Assembly: GCA_045649925.1 (NCBI GenBank)
Contig: JAZRQS010000040.1
Coordinates: 1,499-65,498 of the forward strand
Length of the DNA: 64,000 nucleotides
Reading direction: 5' to 3'
From: Eubacteriales bacterium
Lineage (GTDB): Bacteria > Bacillota > Clostridia > Oscillospirales > CAG-272
Positions 60,290-64,000 of the stretch are shown here, piece by piece (positions within the stretch are counted from its first letter, which is position 1; the number at the start of each line of letters is the position of its first letter). Below the pieces are notes generated by a model. It was not told the origin of the DNA. It made no database searches and saw only the letters and a list, made by a program, of their open reading frames with translations. The position numbers were made by a program, and so were the translations under genes.

Positions 60290-60317
60290 AAGCGCATAAA
60301 AGCGATAAGGGGGAGAA

Positions 60318-61319
60318 ATGGGACGAAATGTTCTTGTCGACAGACTAAAGGGATACGCCTGCTTTCTGGTGCTCTTCGGGCATGTTATCCGAGGGATTCG
60401 CACAGCGGGTGTTGATATACCATCATTCTTCTTTGGAATGGAGATGTTCATCTGGTCGTTCCATGTCGCCCTCTTTTTGTTCTTGAGTGGCGTTGTGTAT
60501 CGCCTGACAGGTGAGTGGAAAAGGCACAAGACAAAAGGCGCTTTTATACTCAACAAGCTGCTTTCGCTCGGCGTGCCATATATCGTCTTTTCCTCTGTCT
60601 ACATATTCATAAACAGTATAGTAGGTAGTGCAAATACACAGTCCTCGCTTCGGGATATTTTGCTCATCTGGAAGGCTCCCGTCGCACAGTATTGGTACTT
60701 GTATGCGCTGTTCTTTTTGTTCTGCATATGGTGTGCCTTGTCAGGCATTTTAAAGAACTGGCAGATTACCCTGCTTACGCTCGTCGTCGCCTACGGCGTG
60801 CCACTGCTTGGAGGCTCGCTCGGTTGCTTCGATGTGGTTTTCTATTCCGCTCTTGCATTCGGTGTAGGCACTTTTGTAGACTTTGAGCGATTTCCAAATG
60901 CTAAAGCCTGCATCAAGTGGGTGGTGGTAATTATCCACCTTGCGCTCGGTGTTATAACCCTTCGCGCAGGCATTATCGAATCCCCGCTCGTCAAGGAGCT
61001 TATGCTGCTTTTCGGCATCTATTCGAGCATTTTGTTAATTTCCATGCTACAGAAGATAAAGCCGTTTGCCACATTTTTGGATTTTGTCAATAAGTATTCA
61101 TTCCAGATATATCTTTTGCACACCATCTTTACAGCAGGTGTGAGAATCGTTTTGCTCCGTCTCGGCATCACACAGTGGTGGCTCCATGTGCCTGTAGGCA
61201 CTGTATGTGGTCTTGTATTCTCCGTGCTTGCGTCGATAATTGCAAGAAGGACAGGATTTTTAGACCTGTTCTTTTTTCCGACGAAGGCATTCAAAAAAGA
61301 AAGAGTGATACAGAAATGA
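60318..61319 (+). CDS. Acyltransferase family 3 (OafA-like) O-acyltransferase
   Basis: VDRLKG..VLFGH, FHVALFLFLSG, YWYLYALF; about 10 TM. Confidence 0.9.
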   Translation: MGRNVLVDRLKGYACFLVLFGHVIRGIRTAGVDIPSFFFGMEMFIWSFHVALFLFLSGVVYRLTGEWKRHKTKGAFILNKLLSLGVPYIVFSSVYIFINSIVGSANTQSSLRDILLIWKAPVAQYWYLYALFFLFCIWCALSGILKNWQITLLTLVVAYGVPLLGGSLGCFDVVFYSALAFGVGTFVDFERFPNAKACIKWVVVIIHLALGVITLRAGIIESPLVKELMLLFGIYSSILLISMLQKIKPFATFLDFVNKYSFQIYLLHTIFTAGVRIVLLRLGITQWWLHVPVGTVCGLVFSVLASIIARRTGFLDLFFFPTKAFKKERVIQK

Positions 61320-61933
61320 GTAAATTCAAAAGATTGATAGCCGTTTTCAACTATCCGAGGACGTTGCCCGTCTATTTGTGCGCGCTCGCCTCCCATCAGA
61401 AAAAGCTGATAAGGGCAGACGTCGAGCGATGGAATAAAATCGAGGGGATAGAGCTTGGATTTTTCAAATCGCTGAATTGGTATATGACGTATAAAAAGGA
61501 ATTTCGTAACCTCATTCAGCATCGCCTCAAGCATCCGTCAGACACGCCTGCGTCACTTTTGCATTTCATTATTGCGAGAGCGCTCTGGCGACCGATGGAG
61601 AGCCTGTTTATCTACACAAAGGACATAGGTGGCGGACTTTACATTCAGCACGGCTTCGCTACCATCATCAGCGCGAAGAAGATAGGACAAAACTGTCGCG
61701 TATATCAGCAGGTCACCATCGGATATAAGGGCGACGACGCGCCTATCCTTGAGGACAACGTCTCGGTTACGTGTGGTGCAAAGGTGCTCGGCGGCATTGT
61801 ATTGCGTGAAAACAGTCTGGTAGCCGCAGGCGCAGTCGTAGTCAAGGACACGCCCAAAAACGCGATAGTGGCAGGCGTGCCCGCGAAGGTCATCGGCTAC
61901 AAGGACGAGGACGATCTCGACTTTCAGGGCTGA
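61316..61933 (+). CDS. Second SAT-like LbH O-acetyltransferase
   Basis: IGGGLYIQHG, VYQQVTIG, GAKVLG, VAGVPAKVI; ATGA overlap with the upstream gene. Confidence 0.85.
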   Translation: MSKFKRLIAVFNYPRTLPVYLCALASHQKKLIRADVERWNKIEGIELGFFKSLNWYMTYKKEFRNLIQHRLKHPSDTPASLLHFIIARALWRPMESLFIYTKDIGGGLYIQHGFATIISAKKIGQNCRVYQQVTIGYKGDDAPILEDNVSVTCGAKVLGGIVLRENSLVAAGAVVVKDTPKNAIVAGVPAKVIGYKDEDDLDFQG

Positions 61934-62098
61934 TGCGGTTAAGTAGAAAATACAGCAGTCATATAATACAAGGTAGAGGATTTTTTGACCGCCCGACCGA
62001 GACAGACAAAAAATGACAAGTATTGTTTGCAAACGAGATAAAAGCGATGCTGTAAGTAATGAATTTGCTTGATATAACATACATAAGGAGAAAAAACC

Positions 62099-62614
62099 AT
62101 GAGTAAAGTAAAAAATGAACCTAAATACAAAAACGGATTGCTTCAGGCAATACGCGCACAGCTTGAGCATAGAGCATTCTGGCTGTATCTGCTTTGCGAT
62201 GAGGCGAAGAAGAGAGGACTCGACCCAAAGGATTTCGGTAGCGCCGCTATAAAGCGTTGCGGACTTTCACAGGGCGATGGCTTGGTCAAAAAGGGAAAGA
62301 CAGATAGCCTCAAGGGACTTCGCAAGACACTCTTTACAAAGCCTGCTCAGCTTGTGTTTGAGATGGATATACTTGAGTCCACAGACGACAAGCTCTCCAT
62401 AGATTTCCACTACTGTCCGCTTGTAAAGGCATGGCAGAATGCAGGCTGCTCCTATGAGGAGATAGCTATGCTCTGCGACATCGCTATGTGTGGCGACCAC
62501 GGCATCGGCGAATGCTACGGAAGTGTCCTCGACCTGCCCAAGTGCATAGCCAAGGGCGACGATGTCTGCAGTCTCCGTTATCACAAAAAGGACAAGGAAG
62601 ATAAAGAGGATTGA
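62099..62614 (+). CDS. L-2-amino-thiazoline-4-carboxylate hydrolase-like (ATC_hydrolase family) protein
   Basis: DFHYCPLVKAW, LCDIAMCGD, IAKGDDVC. Confidence 0.75.
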   Translation: MSKVKNEPKYKNGLLQAIRAQLEHRAFWLYLLCDEAKKRGLDPKDFGSAAIKRCGLSQGDGLVKKGKTDSLKGLRKTLFTKPAQLVFEMDILESTDDKLSIDFHYCPLVKAWQNAGCSYEEIAMLCDIAMCGDHGIGECYGSVLDLPKCIAKGDDVCSLRYHKKDKEDKED

Positions 62615-63438
62615 CTAAAAAGATGAAGCCGGCTATTCTTGTTACAGGCGCATACGGAGGCATGGGCAAGGCTACTGTAAAAGCATTGCAAGAAAAGGGA
62701 TTTCGCATTTTTGCCTTGGATAAGTCTGTAGGTGATGAGCAGGAGGGTATTATACCCGTCGAAGCCGATATCACCGACGAAAGCAGTATAAAAAAAGCAT
62801 ATGAGCGAGTTGCTACAATGACAGACGAATTGTTTGCCATTGTCCACTTTGCAGGCGTCTATATGCTTGACTCGTTGATTGAGATGAGTAGCGAGGCTTT
62901 TGAGAGGATTTTCAAGATAAATCTCACAGGAGTGTATCTTGTAAATAAGACATTTGCCAGCCTGCTGAAAAACGGCTCTCGAATCGTTATTACCACGAGC
63001 GAGCTTGCGCCCCTTGATCCGCTTCCGTTTACAGGCGTCTATGCCGTAAGCAAGGGTGCGCTTGATAAATACGCCTACTCGCTTGCAATGGAGCTTCAAT
63101 TGAATGGCGTCAAGGTCAGTGTCCTGCGCGCAGGCGCAGTATCTACCGATATGCTCGGCGCCTCCACTGAGGCGTTAGACCGATTTTGCCAAAGCACAAG
63201 GCTATATTCCTGTAACGCCGAGCGTTTCAAGAGAATCGTCGATAGCGTCGAAGCGCGTAGCGTATCCCCCTCTCGCATCGCCAACAAAATATCTCGCATA
63301 CTCAAAAAGCGAAGCCCACGCTTTGCGTATAGCATAAATCGCAATCCACTCCTGCTCCTTCTCAACGCTCTCCCAAAATCCATACAGCTATGGATCATCA
63401 AGCAGGTGCTGAAAAGCAAAAAGGAAAGAAATAAGTAA
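62611..63438 (+). CDS. SDR family oxidoreductase
   Basis: TGAYGGMG, HFAG, YAVSK (YxxxK). Confidence 0.92.
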   Translation: MTKKMKPAILVTGAYGGMGKATVKALQEKGFRIFALDKSVGDEQEGIIPVEADITDESSIKKAYERVATMTDELFAIVHFAGVYMLDSLIEMSSEAFERIFKINLTGVYLVNKTFASLLKNGSRIVITTSELAPLDPLPFTGVYAVSKGALDKYAYSLAMELQLNGVKVSVLRAGAVSTDMLGASTEALDRFCQSTRLYSCNAERFKRIVDSVEARSVSPSRIANKISRILKKRSPRFAYSINRNPLLLLLNALPKSIQLWIIKQVLKSKKERNK

Positions 63439-63471
63439 ATAATAAAGCAAATAATAAAGCAAATAATAAAG
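63437..63471 (+). repeat. 12-nt tandem repeat, about 3 copies
   Basis: AAATAATAAAGC x2 plus AAATAATAAAG. Confidence 0.85.
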
Positions 63472-63473
63472 AC

Positions 63474-63520
63474 AAGACCTATCCGCGCAATTTTACTGCT
63501 CGGATAGGTCTTTTTGTTTT
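63474..63520 (+). terminator. Intrinsic terminator after the SDR gene
   Basis: AAGACCTATCCG/CGGATAGGTCTT stem plus T-run. Confidence 0.85.
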
Positions 63521-63678
63521 GATTTGTTCTTGAGTGGTAAGAGTGTATGTCTTCGTGAAAAGAAAAATTTATACAATATGGAAATTATGCCAGCCAAAGT
63601 CCGTTTTTTTGGACACTTTGTTTGATAGAATGTGTATAGAGGGCGAATACATCCCATAAGTAAATGGAGGAAAAGATA

Positions 63679-64000
63679 ATGCAAAATATGTTTATCACCA
63701 TTACAGGTCAGAACAACTATCTTGGCATGAAGCCGTTTAAGGTCGGTAGAATCGTTAAGATAGTTAAAGAGCCTGAAAATCAGTATGACGAGGACGCTAT
63801 ACGCGTTGAGCTTCCCTTTATAGACACCATCGGATACGTTGCGAATAGCGTGAACACAGTATTCGCCGGAACGTACAGCGCAGGAAGGCTTTATGAAAAG
63901 ATTGGCGATTACGCCTATGCTGAGGTAATGTTTATCACTCATTCGAGCGTCATTGCGCTTGTCGTTATGCCTGATGAAATAGAAAACGCTGACGGCACTA
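63679..64000 (+). CDS. Stand-alone HIRAN-domain protein (runs off the window)
   Basis: Manual translation MQNMFITITG...KEPENQYDEDAI...IGYVANS; GGAGG RBS. Confidence 0.8.
   Translation, partial: MQNMFITITGQNNYLGMKPFKVGRIVKIVKEPENQYDEDAIRVELPFIDTIGYVANSVNTVFAGTYSAGRLYEKIGDYAYAEVMFITHSSVIALVVMPDEIENADGT

Noticed and set aside
1-64000. tRNA, rRNA, transposase, integrase or prophage genes
   Set aside because: No supporting motifs were seen by eye; tRNAscan-SE and ISEScan were not run.

Overview
Chromosomal window from a Clostridia-like (Bacillota) bacterium; this assignment is inferred from gene order, Zn-type S14/L36 and sigmaA-type promoters. 1-3.5 kb: polA (truncated at the edge) and an orphan membrane protein. 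3.7-19.7 kb: a complete S10-spc-alpha ribosomal superoperon. 19.8-28.5 kb: NagD-like HAD, xpt, a BMP-type nucleoside ABC transporter, a FlaR-like kinase and an OFA-type MFS. 28.6-38 kb: accessory carbohydrate genes (890-aa GH20-like-fold protein, DUF4962/heparinase II/III lyase, LbH acyltransferase, SLC13-like permease), a composite REP-like palindromic element and a radical SAM gene. 38.3-61.9 kb holds the most interesting content: a sensor diguanylate cyclase, then a promoter and a GEMM-I cyclic-dinucleotide riboswitch with A rather than G at the ligand-specificity position 20 (the c-AMP-GMP-type signature) and an overlapping terminator predicting an ON switch. This leads an 18-gene, 21-kb Wzx/Wzy polysaccharide operon with two EAL proteins and no tyrosine kinase. 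The operon instead has two Wzz-like co-polymerases (one ending in a degenerate GGDEF domain), a GT4-metallophosphoesterase fusion and a GT-C/YdjC-deacetylase pair. No rRNA, tRNA, CRISPR array or transposase was seen. All family assignments come from motif recognition by eye, not from database searches.
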